From assembly GCA_030390025.1 (NCBI GenBank), contig CM059449.1, positions 2,294,001-2,358,000 of the forward strand: a stretch of DNA of 64,000 bases, given 5' to 3'. The notes beneath the pieces were generated by a model. That model did no database searches. It was not told the DNA's origin and was given only the letters and a program-made list of their open reading frames with translations. Shown here in pieces: positions 12,001 through 27,000 of this stretch (its first letter is position 1; the number at the start of each line of letters is the position of its first letter). The position numbers and the translations under genes are program-made. This DNA comes from Squalus acanthias. Lineage: Eukaryota.

Positions 12001-15000
12001 GGCCCTACCTCTCCACTTACCCGTTTATTATTTATATGGCGATAGAAGATTTTTGAATTTCCTTTTATGTTAGCTGTCAATCTATTCTCATACTCTCTCT
12101 TTGCCACTCTTATTTTCTTTTTCACTTCCCCTCTGAACTTTCTATATTCAGCTTGATTCACAATTGTATTCTCAACCTGACATCTGTCATACGCGCTCTT
12201 TTTCTGATTCATCTTACACTCTCTATCTCTTTCGTCATCCAGGGAAATTCGGCTTTACAACAGTCCAAGGTGGGATTTGAACTCGTGGATCGTTAATCCA
12301 TTTCTTGACATTACCAGTTACATAACCACTACACTACCACACCTGATGCTAAATGAAATCAATCCCTACAGTAACATCATACATTCTGTCCTTATTTTTC
12401 TACTTCCAATATAAATTCCTATGTCAACATTTATAATGTAAACTTGCCATGTTGTTCCTCCTCCTCCTGCCAGTGGATTTGCTGCAGAGCCTCCACTGGT
12501 TGGAGGATGTAATTACAGCATGACGAGTTTAAATAGACAGTTTCCATTCTAAATGTGAATTAGAAATGTACAATGGAGAAAGCTGGCAGTAAGTGTGTGG
12601 ATTGCGCGTTTTCTTTTAATATTCATTCCATGTTTGCAAGATGTAACACTAACCTCACCCATAACTGTTAGTTAATCACCTGAGTTTATAGCGTTCTGAC
12701 GTAGAGGTGAGAATAATGTGTGCTCTAACTGCACTCCAGGATCCAGCATTATATACTGACTGCTGCATTGTTTGATTTGATAAAACATAAAACCGAACCC
12801 TCCTCTGCCTTGTCGCGTGGTTCGGAGTGGGGGAGGGGCAAGCGAGGGGGAAGGAACATGGTGTTTCTCTTGGGCTCGGAATTTCCTCCTGATTTGTGCC
12901 CAGATACACATAAGAAATAGGAGCAAGGGTAGGCCATTTGGCCCCTCGAGCCTGCTCCACCATTCAATAAGATCATGGCTGATCTTCTACCTCAACGCCA
13001 CCTTCCTGCACTATCCCTATATCCCTTGATTCCCTTAATATCCAAAATTCTATCGATCTCTCTCTTGAATATACTCAACAACTGAGCCTCCACAGCCCTC
13101 TGGGGTAAAGAATTCCAAAGATTCACCACCCTCTGAGTGAAGAAATTTCTCCTTAGCTCAGTCCTAAAAGGCCAACCTCTTATTCTGAGATTGTGACCCC
13201 TGGTTCTAGAATCCCCAACCAGGGGAAACATCCTCCCTGCCTCGACCCTGTCAAGCCCTGTAAGAATTTAGTATGTTTCAATTAAATCACCTCTCATTCT
13301 TCTACACTCTAGAGAATATAGGCCTAGTCTACTCAATCTCTGCTCATAGGATAATCTTCCCCTCCCAGGAATCAGTCTGGTGAACCTTCATTGCACTCCC
13401 TCTATGGCAAGTATATCCTTCCTTAGGTAAGGAGACCAAAACTGTAGACAATACTCCAGGTGTAGTCTCACCAGGGCCCTATATAATTGCAGTAAGATGT
13501 CTTTACTCGTGTACTCAAATCCTCTTGTAATAAAGGCCAACATACCATTTGCTTTCCTAATCGTTTGCTGTACCTGCATGTTAACTTTCAGTGATTTGTG
13601 TACAAGGACACCCAGGTCCCTCTGAACACCAACATTTCCCAATCTTTCACCATTTAAAAAAAATACTCTGCTTTTCTACTTTTCCCAGCAAAGTGAATAA
13701 CTTCACATTTCTCCACATTATATTCCATTTGCCATGTTCTTGCCCACTCACTTAGCTTGTCTATATCCCCTTGAAGCCTCTTTGCATCCTCCTCACAACT
13801 TACATTCCCACCCAGCTTTGTATCAGCAGCAAACTTGGATATATTACATTCGGTCCCCTCATCCAAATCATTGATATAGATTTTGAATAGCTGAGGCCCA
13901 AGCACTGATCCTTGCGGTACCCCACTAGTTACAGCCTGCAACCCGAAAATGACTTGTTTATTCTTGCTCTCTGTTTTCTGTCCGTTAACCAATCCTCAAT
14001 CACTGCTAGTATATTACCCCCAATCCCATGAGCCCTAATTTTGTTTAATAACCTCTTGTGTGGCACCTTACCATAAAAAAAAGCAAACCAAGCACTAGGG
14101 TTTATTTCTTGAGGGATAGAATTGAAAATTGGGGAAGTTATGCTAAACCTGTATCGAACCTTGGTTAGACCACAATTAGAGTACTGTGTACAGTCCTGGT
14201 CACCATATTATAAAAAGGATATAGAGGCACTGGAGAGGGTGCCGAGAAGATTTAAAAGGATGATACCAGAAATGCAAGGGTATACTTATCAGGAAAGGAA
14301 GAACAGGCTGGGTCGCTTTTCTTTTTAAAAAAAAAAGAAGGCTGTGGGGTGACCTAATAGAGATCTTTAAAATTATGAAAAATTTTGATACAGTGGATAC
14401 ACAGAGAATGTTTCCAATTGTGGGGAAGAGCATAACTAGAGGCCATCAATATAAGATAGTCACCAAGAAATCCAACAGGGAATTCAGAAGAAACTTCTTC
14501 ACCCAAAGAGTGGTGAGAATGTGGAACTTGTTACCACAGAGAGTGGTTGAAGCGAATAGTAGGGATGCATTTAAGGGGAGGCTGGACAAGCATATGAGGG
14601 AAAAGGGAATAGAGGGTTATGCAGATAGATTTAGATGAGGAAAGACGGGAGGAAGCTCATGTGGAGCATAAACGCCTGGCATGGACTGGTTGGGCCAAAT
14701 GGCCTGTTTCTGTGCCGTATATCCTGTGTAATCCTATGTAAAAAACCTTATCGAATGCCTTGTGAAAATCCAAATTCACCACATCCACTGGTTCCCCCTT
14801 ATCTATTCTGCTAGTTACAATCTCAAAAAACGAACAGATTCACAACAGATCTAACAGCTCAAAACTGGGCATGCATGAGGCTCTGTGTGTCATCAGCAGC
14901 AGCAGAATTGTATTCCACCACAATCTGTAACATCATGACCTGGCATATCCCTCACTCTACCATTACTATCAAGCCAGGGTCCAATCTTGGTTCAATGAGG

Positions 15001-18000
15001 ACTGCAGAAGAGCATGCCAGGAGCAACACCAGGCGTACCTGGAAATGAGTTGCCACCCTTGTGAACCTACAACACAGGACTACATGCATGCTAAACAACG
15101 GAAGCAGCATGCTATAGACAGGGCTAGGCGATCCCACAATCAATGGATCAGATCAAAGTTCTGCAGTCCTGCCACATCCAGTCATGAATGGTGGTGGACA
15201 ATTAAACAAATAACGGGAGAAGGCTCCATGAATATCCCCACCCTCACTGATGGCGGAGTCCAGTATGTGAATGCAAAAGACAGGGCTGAAGCATTCGCAA
15301 CCATCTTCAGCCAGAAGTGCCGAGACAATGATCCACCTCCTCCTGAGGTCCCCACCATCACAGATGCAAGTCTTCATCCAATTCGATTCACTCCACATGA
15401 TATCAAGAAATGGCTCAGCGCACTGGACACAGCAAAGGCTATGGGCCCTGACAACATCCCGGCTGTCGTGCCGAAGACTTGTGCTCCAGAACTAGCTGTG
15501 CCTCTAGCCAAGATGTTCCAATACAGCTACAACACTGGCATCTACCGGACAACGTGGAAAATTGCCACGGTATGCCCTGTCCACAAAAAGCTGGACAAGT
15601 CCAATCTGGCCAATTACCGCCCCATCAGTCTACTCTCAATCATCAGGAAAATGATGGAAGGGGTCATCGACAGTGCTATCAAGCAGCACTTACTCACCAA
15701 TAACCTGCTCACCGATGCTCAGTTTAGCTTCCGCCAGGACAACTCGGCTCCAGACCTCATTACAGCCTTGGTTCAAACATGGACAATAGAGCTGAATGCC
15801 AGAGGTGAGGTGAGAGTGACGACCCTTGACGTCAAAGCAGCATTTGACTGAGTGTGGCATTAAAATCCCTAGTATAATTGAAGTCAGTGGGAATCAGGGG
15901 TAAAACACTCCACTGGCTGGAGTTATACCTAGCACAAAGGAAGATGGTTGTGGTTGTTGGAGGCCAATCATCTCAGCCCCAGGACATCGCTGCAGGAGAT
16001 CCTCAGGGCAGTGTCCTCGGCCCAACCATCTTGAGATGCTTCAAAAATGACCTTCCTTACATCATCAGGTTAGATGTGGGGCTGTTCGCTGATGATTGCA
16101 GTTTTCAATTCCATTCACAACTCCTCAGCTAATGAAGCAGTCCGTGCCCGCATGCAGCAAGGTCTGGATAACATTCAGGCTTGGGCAGATAAGTGGCAAG
16201 TAACATTCGTGCCACACAAGTGGCAGTCAAAGACCATCTCTAACAAGAGATTGTCTGAACACCTCCCCATGATATTCCATGGCATTGCCATCGTCTAATC
16301 CGCCACTATCAACATCCTGGGGGGTCACCATTGACTGGAAACCTCCTGACTCTCAAGTCTTTCCTCCATCTACAAGGCACAAGGAGTGTGATGGAATACT
16401 CTCCACTTGCAGATTGGAGGGTGGCAAATGTAACCCCACTATTTAAAAAAGGAGGGAGAGATAAAACTGGGAACTACAGACCAGTTAGCCTAACATCAGT
16501 AGTAGGGAAAATGCTAGAGTCTATTATAAAGGATGTGACAACAGGACACTTAGAAAATATCAACGGGATTAGACAAAGCCAACATGGATTTATGAAAGAG
16601 AAATCGTGTTTGACCATCCTACTGGAGTTTTTTGAGGATGTAACTGGTAGAATAGATCAGGGAAAACCAGTGGATGTGGTGTATTTGGATTTTCTGAAGG
16701 CCTTTGATAAAGTCCCACATAAGAGGTTAGTGTGCAAAATTAAAGCACATGGGATTGGAGGTAATATACTGGCATGGATTGAAAATTGTTTAACAGACAG
16801 AAAACAGAGAGAAGGAATAAATGGGTCTTTTTCGGGGTGGCAGGCGGTGACCTTTGGGGTACCGCAGGGATCAGTGCTTGGGCCCCAGCTATTCACAATA
16901 TATATCAATGATTTGGATGAGGGAACCAAATGTAATATTTCCAAGTTTGCTGACGACACAAAACTAGGTGGGATTGTGAGTTGTGAGGAGGATGCAAAGA
17001 GGCTTCAAGGCGATTTAGACAAGTTGAGTGAGTGGGCAAATACATGGCAGATGCAGTATAACGTGGATAAAAGTGAAGTTATCCACTTCGGTAGGAAAAA
17101 CAGAAAGGCAGAGTATTATTTAAATGGTGATAGATTTGGAAATGTTGATGTACAAAGGGACCTGGGTGTCCTTGTACACCAGTCACTGAATGCAAACATG
17201 CAGGTGCAGCAAGCAGTTAGGAAGGCAAATGGTATGTTGGCCTTCATTGCAAGAGGATTTGAGTACAGGAGCAAGGATGTCTTACTACAGTTATACAGGG
17301 CCTGGGTGCGACCACACCTGGAGTAGTGTGTGCAGTTTTGGTCTCTTTACCTAAGAATGGATATACTTGCCATAGAGAAAGTGCAGCGAAGGTTCACCAG
17401 ACTGATTCCTGGGATGGCAGGACTGTCGTATGAGGAGAGATTGAGTCAACTAGGCCTGTATTCAATAGAGTTTAGAAGAATGAGAGGGGATCTCATTGAA
17501 ACGTATAAAATTCTGACAGGGCGAGACAGACTGGATGCAGGGAGGATGTTTCCCCTGGCTGGGGGGTCTGGAACGAGGGGTCACAGTCTCAGGATACGGG
17601 GTAGGACATTTAGGACTGGGATGAGGAGAAATTTCTTCACTCAGAGGGTGGTGAACCTGTGGAATTCTCTACCACAGAAGGCTGTGGAGGCCAAGTCACT
17701 GAATATATTTAAGAAGAAGATAGATAGATTTCTTGACACAAAAAGCATCAAGGGGTATGGGGAGAGAGTGTGAATATGGTATTGAGATAGAGGATCAGCC
17801 ATGATCATATTGAATGGCGGAGCAGGCTCAAATGGCCGACTTCTGCTCCTGTTTTTCTATGTTGCCTGGATGAGTGCAGCTACAACAACACTCAAGAAGC
17901 TCGACACCATCCAGGACAAAGCCGTCCATTTGATTGGCACCCCATCCACCACCTTAAACATCCACTCCCTCCACCACCGGTGCACCGTAGCTGCAGTGTG

Positions 18001-21000
18001 TGCCTTCTACAAAATGCACTGCAGCAACTCGCGAAGGCTTCTTCAACAGCACCTCCCAAACATGCGACCTCCACCACTTAGAAGGACAAGGGCAGCGGGC
18101 GCATGAGAACACCATCACCTCCAAGTTCCCCTCCCAAGTCTCACACCATCCTGACTTGGAAATATATCGGCCTTTCCTTCATCATCGCTGGGTCAAAATC
18201 CTGGAGCTCCCTCCCGAACGCACTGTGGGAGTACCTTCACCACAGGGATTGCAGCGGTTCAAGAAGGCGGCTCACCACCACCTTCTCTGGCAATTATGGA
18301 TGTGCTATAAATGCTGGCCTTGCCTGCGACGCCCACATCCCATGAATGAATATTTTGTAAATTGTGCAAGTAAGATGCACCCAAGTATCTGCAATCTTTT
18401 AAGTCCATCCGTTAAACCCTGCGTGCGAACGAGGACACGTCCCCAGCACCGAAACGAGAGTTTCCTCCAATTGCGTTTTATTGGGGGTCTCAACATTGTG
18501 CCCAGATTCTCAGATGGTCATATGAATCCAGCGTAAATCAGCTGACCCGTAGTGAATTGAAGCTTCCAGCCTCTCCTGTTGCTGCAGAAATCCAGTTCAC
18601 AGGTTGAAAAACCCTGAAGGGTGGCTCATTTTCTGGCTGCACCACTGCTCTTTCTAATGTTGGAGGAGTAGGAGGAGGGAGAGGAGAAAGAGGTCACGAG
18701 ACTCGAGGCCCAAGGGGTTAAGCGCCACAGGAGGAGACTGCACTCCACTCGCAGGTACCCTGCCCACAGTGTGTACAGGCCTGGAATGAGTTATGAGTTG
18801 CTGGCTGTGGTACAGACCGAGGTGGAGGAGAGGTACAATGAGGCGCATGTGTCCACCAGGCAGGTCATGGAGAGAACAATTGGGGAGCTGAAGAGCTGCT
18901 GCAGGTGCCTGGACAGGTGTGGGGTGTACTTCAGTATCCCCCAGAGAGGGTGACTGGGACTGTGGGAGTGCTGCCCCTGCACAACTTGTCATTGATTGAA
19001 GGTCTGGACCTCGAGATCCCAGGAGAGGAGCTGATGGGGACGGAAGATCAAGCGCTGTGTGTCTCGGAGCAGAGGGACACGGCCCTTGTGCAGGAGGCAG
19101 GCGTCCAACAGGCCAGTGCAATCTGAGCGGGCTTGTGATTCAGGTTTTTACCCAAAGAGCCCTCCCCCTGGAGCCGCGAGCAGAAGCCTCACACACTGAT
19201 CCATTCAAGTCAAAACCATTCTTTACAAAAAGTTTAAAGTTTGAACTGTCACCAAGAAATAGATCATTGATATAACACTTTTTCAATTGTTAAAAATTAA
19301 TAAATCTCTAAACAACTAAGTTGTTTAGTTTCAATATAAAATGCTACAAATTTGAAGCAACATTCTGAACAATAAAACTGTACAAGTGCAAACATTTAAT
19401 TTATTGCTTTTAAAACGGAGTCCAAACATTGTAAACTTTATCAACTTTGTATGAATTTTTACACTATAAAACTTTATTAAATTTTAACATCCTTCTTTAA
19501 ATTTTATCACAGGATGAATGTCTTCCACCCCGCCCCCCCCTCCCGCCACTTGGCAACAAGGCGGAGAAAAAGGAGGTCATAGAGATGAGCTCAAATTTCC
19601 CCCCACTCTCTCACCCTCCCTTGGCCCCCACGTTCAGACAAGTTCTTTTGCCAGCTGCCTCCCTCCGCTGCCTACCAGCCACCGTGCAAGACTTTCCCTT
19701 TTGACATCCAATTTTCTAAATTTGCGGACGGCACCAAATTAGGGAGGGGATAGTCAATACTGAGGAGGACTGCAACAAATTACAGGAAGACATTAATAAA
19801 CTTGCAGAATGGGCAATAATTGGCAAATGAAATTCAACACAGATAAATGTGAGGTATTACATTTTGGTAGGAAGAATAGGGAGGTCACTTATTACTTGGA
19901 GGGTGCGGGTCTGGGTGGGTAGAAGAGCAAAGGGATCATAGAATCCTAGAATGATACAGCACAGAAGGAGGCCATTCGGCCCATCGTGCCTGTGCCGGCT
20001 CTTTGAAAGAGCTGTCCAATTAGTCCCACTCCCCGCCCCCTGACCCGCTCTTTCCCCATAGCCCTGAATTTTTTTTCGCTTTCAAGTATTTATCCAATTC
20101 CCTTTTGAAAGTTATTATTGAATCTGCTTCCACCGCTCTTTCAGACAGTGCATTCCAGATCATCATAACTCGCTGCGTAAAAAGAAGAAAGACTGACTTG
20201 CATTTATATAGCGCCTTTCACGACCACCGGACATCTCAAAGCGCTTTACAGCCAAAGAAGCACCTTTAGAGTGTAGTCACAGTTGCAATGTGGGAAACTC
20301 CGCAGCCAATTTGCACACAGCAAGCTCCCACAAACAGCAATCTGATAATAACCAGATAAACTGTTTTTGTTATGTTGATTGAGGGATAAATATTGGCCAG
20401 AAAGAAATTCTCCTCATCTCCCCTCAAGTTCTTTTGCCAAGTACCTTAAATCTGTGTCCTCTGGTTACCGACCCTTCAACCAAAATCGGTACTCCTTAAT
20501 TACTCTATCAAAACCCTTCATGATTTTAAACGCCTCTATCAAATGATAAAAGAAATCGGCCTCCCTCTTGTGGTTGAAATCCAGCACTGTGTCAGCCTTT
20601 CAAATCCCACCCACTGACCTGAACAGGAGATAAAAACATACCTACATTGATAGAAAAACATCCCACGGCGCTTCACAGGAGCGCAACCAGACAAAACCAG
20701 GCACCGAACCAAAGAAAGACACTAGGAGGGGCGACCAAAATGATTCCCCTGGCTGGGGAGTCTAAAAATATGGGGTCGGCCATTTAGGACTGAGATGAGG
20801 AGGAATTTCTTCACTCAGAATGGTGTGAACCTTTGGAATTCTCTACCCCATATGGCAGTGGATGCACAGCCGTTGAGTATATTCAAGGCAGAGGTCGATA
20901 GATTTTTGGATATCAAGGGATATGGGGATAGTGCGGGAAGGTGGAGTTGAGGAAGATCAGCCGCGATCTTATTGAATGACGGAGCAGGCTCGAAGGGCCA

Positions 21001-24000
21001 AATAGCGGGTTGCCCGGCACCACCACGGGATCTCGGAGTACAAATACACAAATCGCTAAAAGTAGCGACACAGGTTAGCAAGGCCATAAAAAAAGCAAAC
21101 CAGGCACTAGGGTTTATTTCTCGAGGGATAGAATTGAAAAGAAGTGAAGTTATGCTAAAATTGTATCGAACCTTGGTTAGACCACACTTGGAGTACTGCT
21201 TACAATTCTGGTCACCATATTATAAAAAGGATATAGAGGCACTGGAGAGGGTGCAGAGAAGATTTACAAGGATGATACCAGAAATGCGAGGGTATACATA
21301 TCGGGAAAGAATGAACGACTGGGTCTCTTTTCGCTTGAAAAGAGAAGGCTGAGGGATGACCTAATTGAGGTCTTTAAAATAATGAAAGGTTTTCATAGAG
21401 TAGATACAGAGCGAGTTTTTCCACTTGTGGGGAAGAGCATAACTAGAGGCCATCACTATAAGATAATCACCAAGAAATCAAATAGAGAATTCAGCAGAAA
21501 CTTCTTTAACCCAAAGAGTGGTGAGAATGTGGAACTCCCTACCACAGGGAGTAGTTGAGGCAAATAGTATAGATGCATTTAAGGGGAGGCTAGACAAGAG
21601 TAGACTGATGGGGCGGTAATTGGCCGGATTGGATTTGTCCTGCTTTTTGTGGACAGGACATACTTGGGCAGTTTTCCATATTGTCGGGGAGATGCCAGTG
21701 TTGCAGCTGTACTGGAACAGCTTGGCTAGAGGCGTGGCTAGTTCTGGAGCACAAGTCTTCAGCACGATAGCCGGGATGTTGTCGGGGCCCATAGCCTTTG
21801 CTGTGTCCAGTGTGCTGAGCCGTTTCTTGATATCATGTGGAGTGAATCGAATTGGCTGAAGACTGGCTTCTGGAATGGTGGGGACCTCAGGAGGAGGCCG
21901 ATATGGATCATCCACTCGGCACTTCTGGCTGAAGATGGTTGCAAATGCTTCAGCCTTGCCTTTTGCACTCATGTGCTGGGCTCCACCATCATTGAGGGTG
22001 GGGATATTCATGGAGCCTCCTCCTCCCGTTAGTTGTTATTTGTTTAATTGTCCACCACCATTCACGACTGGATGTGGCAGGACTGCTGAGCTTTGGTCTG
22101 ATCCGTTGATTGTGGAATCGCTTAGCTCTGTCTATAGCATGCTGCTTCCACTTTTTAGCACGAATGTAGTCCTGTGTTGCAGCTTTCCCACGTTGGCACC
22201 TCATTTTTAGGTACGCCAGGTGCTGCTCCTAGCATGCTCTTCTACACTCATAATGAGGGTTGGTCCCCTGGCTTGAATGTAATGGTAGAGTGAGGGATTT
22301 GCCAGGCCATGAGGTTACAGATTGTGGTGGAATACAATTCTGCTGCTGCTGATGGCCCACAGCGCCTCATGGATGCCCAGTTTTGGGCTGCTAGATCTGT
22401 TCTGAATCTATCCCATTTAGCACGGTGGTAGTGCCACACAACACGATGCAGGGTGTCCTCAGTGTGAGGACAGGACTTTGTCTCCACAGTGACTGTGCAG
22501 TGGTCACTGCCACCAATGCTGTCATGGACAGATGCATCTGCGACAGGTAACTTGGTGAGGATGAGGTCAAGTAGGTTTTTCCCTCGTGTTGGTTCTCTCA
22601 CCACCTGTCGCAGGCCCAGGACTGCTATGTCCTCCAGAACTCAGTCAGTAGTGGTGCTACCGAACCAATCTTGGTGATGGACATTGAAGTCCCTCACCCA
22701 GAGTACATTCTGTGCCCTTGCTACTCTCAGTGCTTCTTCCAAGTGGTGTTCAACATGGCAGAGGGCGGCAGGTGGTAATCAGTAGGAGGTTTCCTTGCCC
22801 ATGCTTGACCTGGGAATTCATGGGGTCCGGTGTCAATGTTGAGGACTCCCAGGGCCACTCCTTCTCGACTGTATACCACAGTGCCGCCACCCCTGGTGAG
22901 TCTGTCCTGCCGGTGGGACAGGACATACCCAGGGATGGTGATGGAGGAGTTTGGGACATTGGCTGAAAGGTATAATTCTGTGAGTATGACTATGTCAGGC
23001 TGTTGCTTGACTAGTCTGTCGGACAGCTCTCCCAATTTTGGCACAAATCCCCAGATGTTGGTGAGGAGAACTTTGCAGGGTTGACTGGGCTGGGTGTGCC
23101 GTTGCTGTTGCCGTGTCGGTAGCTGGTGCCGAGGTCGATGCTGGTTTGTGGTCCGCCTGGTTTCATTCTTTTTTGTTTCGTAGCGGTTTGGTACATCTGA
23201 GTGGCTTGCTCGGCCATTTCAGAGAGCAGTTAAGAGTCAACCACATTACTGTGGGTCTGGAGTCACATATAGGCCAGACCAGGTAAGGACAGCTCATTTC
23301 CTGCCCTAAAAGACATTGGCCCGAAAATTAGACCTAATGCGGGAGAGTACGCACTGTGTACTCTCGCGTATTAGGTCCCGAAGTGCCGGTTTCCTGCATG
23401 CACTGCGCATGCGCGGGAAACCGGCACTTCGTGTATTGCGAAGGGGGCAGTTCCTAAGTGAACCGCGTGCGCGCTACAGGTTGTGCGCATGCAGTGCACT
23501 TAGTTTTTTTTTCAGGTTTCAACGCGCAGGTAAGTGGTGAACATTTTACACAAAGAAAGCAGGCGTAAGACCCCCTTTTAACAAGGTAAGTAGTTAATGA
23601 AGTATTATTTTAAATTTTTTTCAACAGGTTTATCTTTTTTAGAGACTTTAAAGAAAGGTAAGTTTATTTTTATAACTTTTAAAAAGAATTTAAATTTTTT
23701 CAAATTAAATTTTTTGTTTAAAGTGGTTAATTTATTTAACTATAGTCTCTGCTGTTTTTCATTTTGTTTCTGTGGGTGGGATCATGCTGTGCATAATATG
23801 GCTTATGCTGTTGCTTACATAACGGTCACTGCACTTCAAACAGTAATTGTTCGGATGTGGTGCGTGTTTGGGACATCCTGAGAATGTGATCAGTCACTAT
23901 ACAACAACAACAACAACTTGTATTTATACAGCACCTCGAACATAGTAAAACGTCCCAAGGTGCTTCACAGGAGTGTTATCAGACAAAATGTGACACTGAG

Positions 24001-27000
24001 GCACATAAGATATTGGGACAGGTAACCAAAAGCTTGGTCAAAGAGGTTTTAAGGAGCGTCTTTCAGGAGGAGAGAGAGGCGGAGAGGTTTAGGGAGGGAA
24101 TTCCAGAGCTTAGAGCCCAGGCAGCTGAAGGCACGGCCGCCAATGGTGGAGTGATTAAAATCGGGGCTGCGAAGGAGGCCAGAACTGGAGGAATGTAGAG
24201 ATCTCGGAGGATTATGGAGCTGGAGGAGGATACAGAGATTGGGAGGGTTGTAGGGCTGGAGGAGATAACAGAGATAAGGCGGGTTGTAGGGCTGGAGGAG
24301 ATAACCGAGATGGGGGGGCGGGGGGAGTAGGGTGGGGCCATGGAAGGATTTGAAGACAAGGATGTGAATTTTAAAGTTGAGGTGTTGCCAGACTGGGAGC
24401 CAATGTAGTCAGCGAGCGCAGGGGTGATGGGTGAACGGGACTTGGTGCGAGTTAGGACACGGGCAGCAGAGTTTTGGATGAGCTCAAGTTTACAGAGGGT
24501 GGGAGATGGGAGGCCGGCCAGGAGTGTGTTGGAATAGTCAGGTCTGGAGGTAACAAAGGCATGGATTTAGGATTTCAGCAGCCTATGAGCTGAGGCAGGG
24601 GCGGAGAAGGGTGATGTGATCACTCGCTATATAAGGACAAGTCTTCCTTTGTCCCATCCAAACACTGTCTGCTGTCTGAATTTGATTCTTCTCTTATTAA
24701 TGAAAGTTATTCCAAGTCCCATGAAAATCACTGAGACCAGTCAGGAAACTGGAGGTTGTTTCTAATGAAAATCTATTCTCTTCCAGATCTACAGAAGCAG
24801 CTAGAAGACTCAGGTAAGAAGATTTGTGAGAAAATCTCAGCTGTGGTTCCATGGCCCCTCCGTGCAGTGTGTAATTATTGAAAGGGATGATGTCCAGTAT
24901 CAGTGTAGCTGGATTGTATTTTGTCAATAAGTATTGTAATGAATTCTGGTGATATTTATCTGCTCTGTGTGATGTCTCCGCTGAACAGCATCTGTGCTGT
25001 AAGTTTTCCCGAAGGTTTTTACACAGGGTCACACACCATGAGCTGCTCCCTCCTGATCCACAATTACTGTACGACCTCGTTCCCACAGAATGGTCTTACT
25101 GACGGAGATAAGCATCTTCTCACAGTGAGTGGATCCGGCTTCTTTAAGGTTCCTGTCTAGAAGTGGACAGTCCCGAGTGTGGTGGATCCTGTGTGATGTG
25201 CAGCTCTCAGTGAGATATGTCAGTGGTGTCCGGGTCACTGTAAATAAATGACAATCATTGTGTCGCCTGGTTCTGTGATCCATTTATGCTCAGTATTTAC
25301 ACTTTATTATGTGACGGCGCCATTGATGTTATTTTAATCTGTTTTTCAGAGCGGGAAAGGCTTTGGATGTTTGCAGGTGAGAGACTTCAGATCCTGGGGC
25401 TGTGCCGGTTTCTATCTTGTGAAGTTCAGGTTCTGGTTTGTGCGGAGTGTTTAACATTCGTGGGGGAGCCCTGTCAATAACTAAAACATCAGCATTTGCA
25501 TAAGTCCTGTCTGAAACACCGTCTGTCTATAAATACTGCAGTGAGTGAGAGGGGACTGTGCCACAGGGGCAGGGTGGTAACTGATTCCGGACAGAGCTGT
25601 TGTCTATTTCTCCCTGTAACAGCACATGCCACTGAGATTAATATAAAGATTCATCTTTTTCTCAATTCTAAAGGCACAGCCTGAGGTCACACAATCCAGC
25701 TGGGGGTCGGGCCCAGCAGATTCAGTGAGATTCCTGCTCCCAGATCCCTGCTCCAGGCCTGGGCTGTTGGGCTTGAAGCTCCCTGTAGGGAGTTGGATGG
25801 ACAGAGCCCCTCTCAGTGCCTGATAGTCAGAGTCCCAGGCTGCAGGTTCAGCTCACTCCTGCTCACACTGCAGTCACAGTGTAGGTATTGAGCTTTGACA
25901 CTGTGATACTGTCTGAAATATGATGGGGGAGGAAGTGACTGATAAACATTCAGAGTCACACAGCACCTGTAGGAAACAGGGAAAACAGCCGGATGTCTAT
26001 ATGATGGAGATGTTTAAAATCATCTCAGCCTGTCCCTGGTGTGTGTGTATTTTACTTGTCCCTTTCCTACAATTATTGACTCTCAATCTGTTTGGAAGGG
26101 TGAGGGTCTGCTCCTGCTCGCGGGGTGGGGTTCAGGGTCAAAGTGGCTGAATGGGCCGATCCCCAGACAGGAGAGAGACCGAGAGAAATGGTGTAAAAGT
26201 GATTATTTGACTGGGTCCGGTCTGTGTGTGACCTACAGGTACACTGAGCCGGTCCTTACCGGGATTGCACCGGGTGTGAATGTAGAGTTGGGTCTGTGTG
26301 TGACCTGCAGGTACACTGAGCCGGTCCGTACCCGGATTGCACCGGGAGTGAATGTGGAGTTGGGTCTGTGTGTGACCTGCAGGTACACTGAGCCGGTCCG
26401 TACTGGGATTGCACCGGGTGTGAATGTGGAGTTGGGTCTGTGTGTGACCTGCAGGTACACTGAGCCGGTCCGTACCGGGATTGGACCGGGAGTGAATGTG
26501 GAGTTGGGTCTGTGTGATCTGCAGGTACACTGAGCCGGTCCGTACCGGGATTACACCAGGTGTGAATGTGGGTCTGCGAGCTGGGATCAGGCCGCTCCGG
26601 GTTTTTGCTCCTGATCGGTGATGGTTCGAGCTCCAGGTGCCGGACTCAGTTTTATAATTTTATTGCAGAGCCTGTGACTCTGGATCTGAACACAGCGAAT
26701 CCCCTGCTCATCATGTCTGAGGACCAGACCAGTGTGAGACTCGGAGAGGAACCTCAGGAGCTCCCTGACAACCCGAAGAGGTTTGATCCCTGGCCATATG
26801 TCCTGGGATCGGAGGGATTCACATCAGGGAGACACTACTGGGAGGTGGAGGTGGGGGACAAGACTGAGTGGTTTGTGGGAGTGACCCGTGAGTCTGCCGA
26901 GAGGAAAGGGTTTTTCGACCGGAAACCAGAGACCGGATACTGGATTGTGAGGCTGTCCCCCGGAAGTGTCTATTTTGCCTTCACCTCCCCCTCACCGACC

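Noticed and set aside
26039-26533. 164-aa ORF with 24-aa Cys-containing repeats
   Set aside because: By-product of the 72-bp intronic repeat; not in the phase of the gene's exons.
26566-26668. N-terminal extension of ORF 26566-27213 as a stand-alone SPRY gene
   Set aside because: Homology starts exactly at the 26669 acceptor and the upstream part is intron or repeat. No RING or B-box exons were seen in the window.
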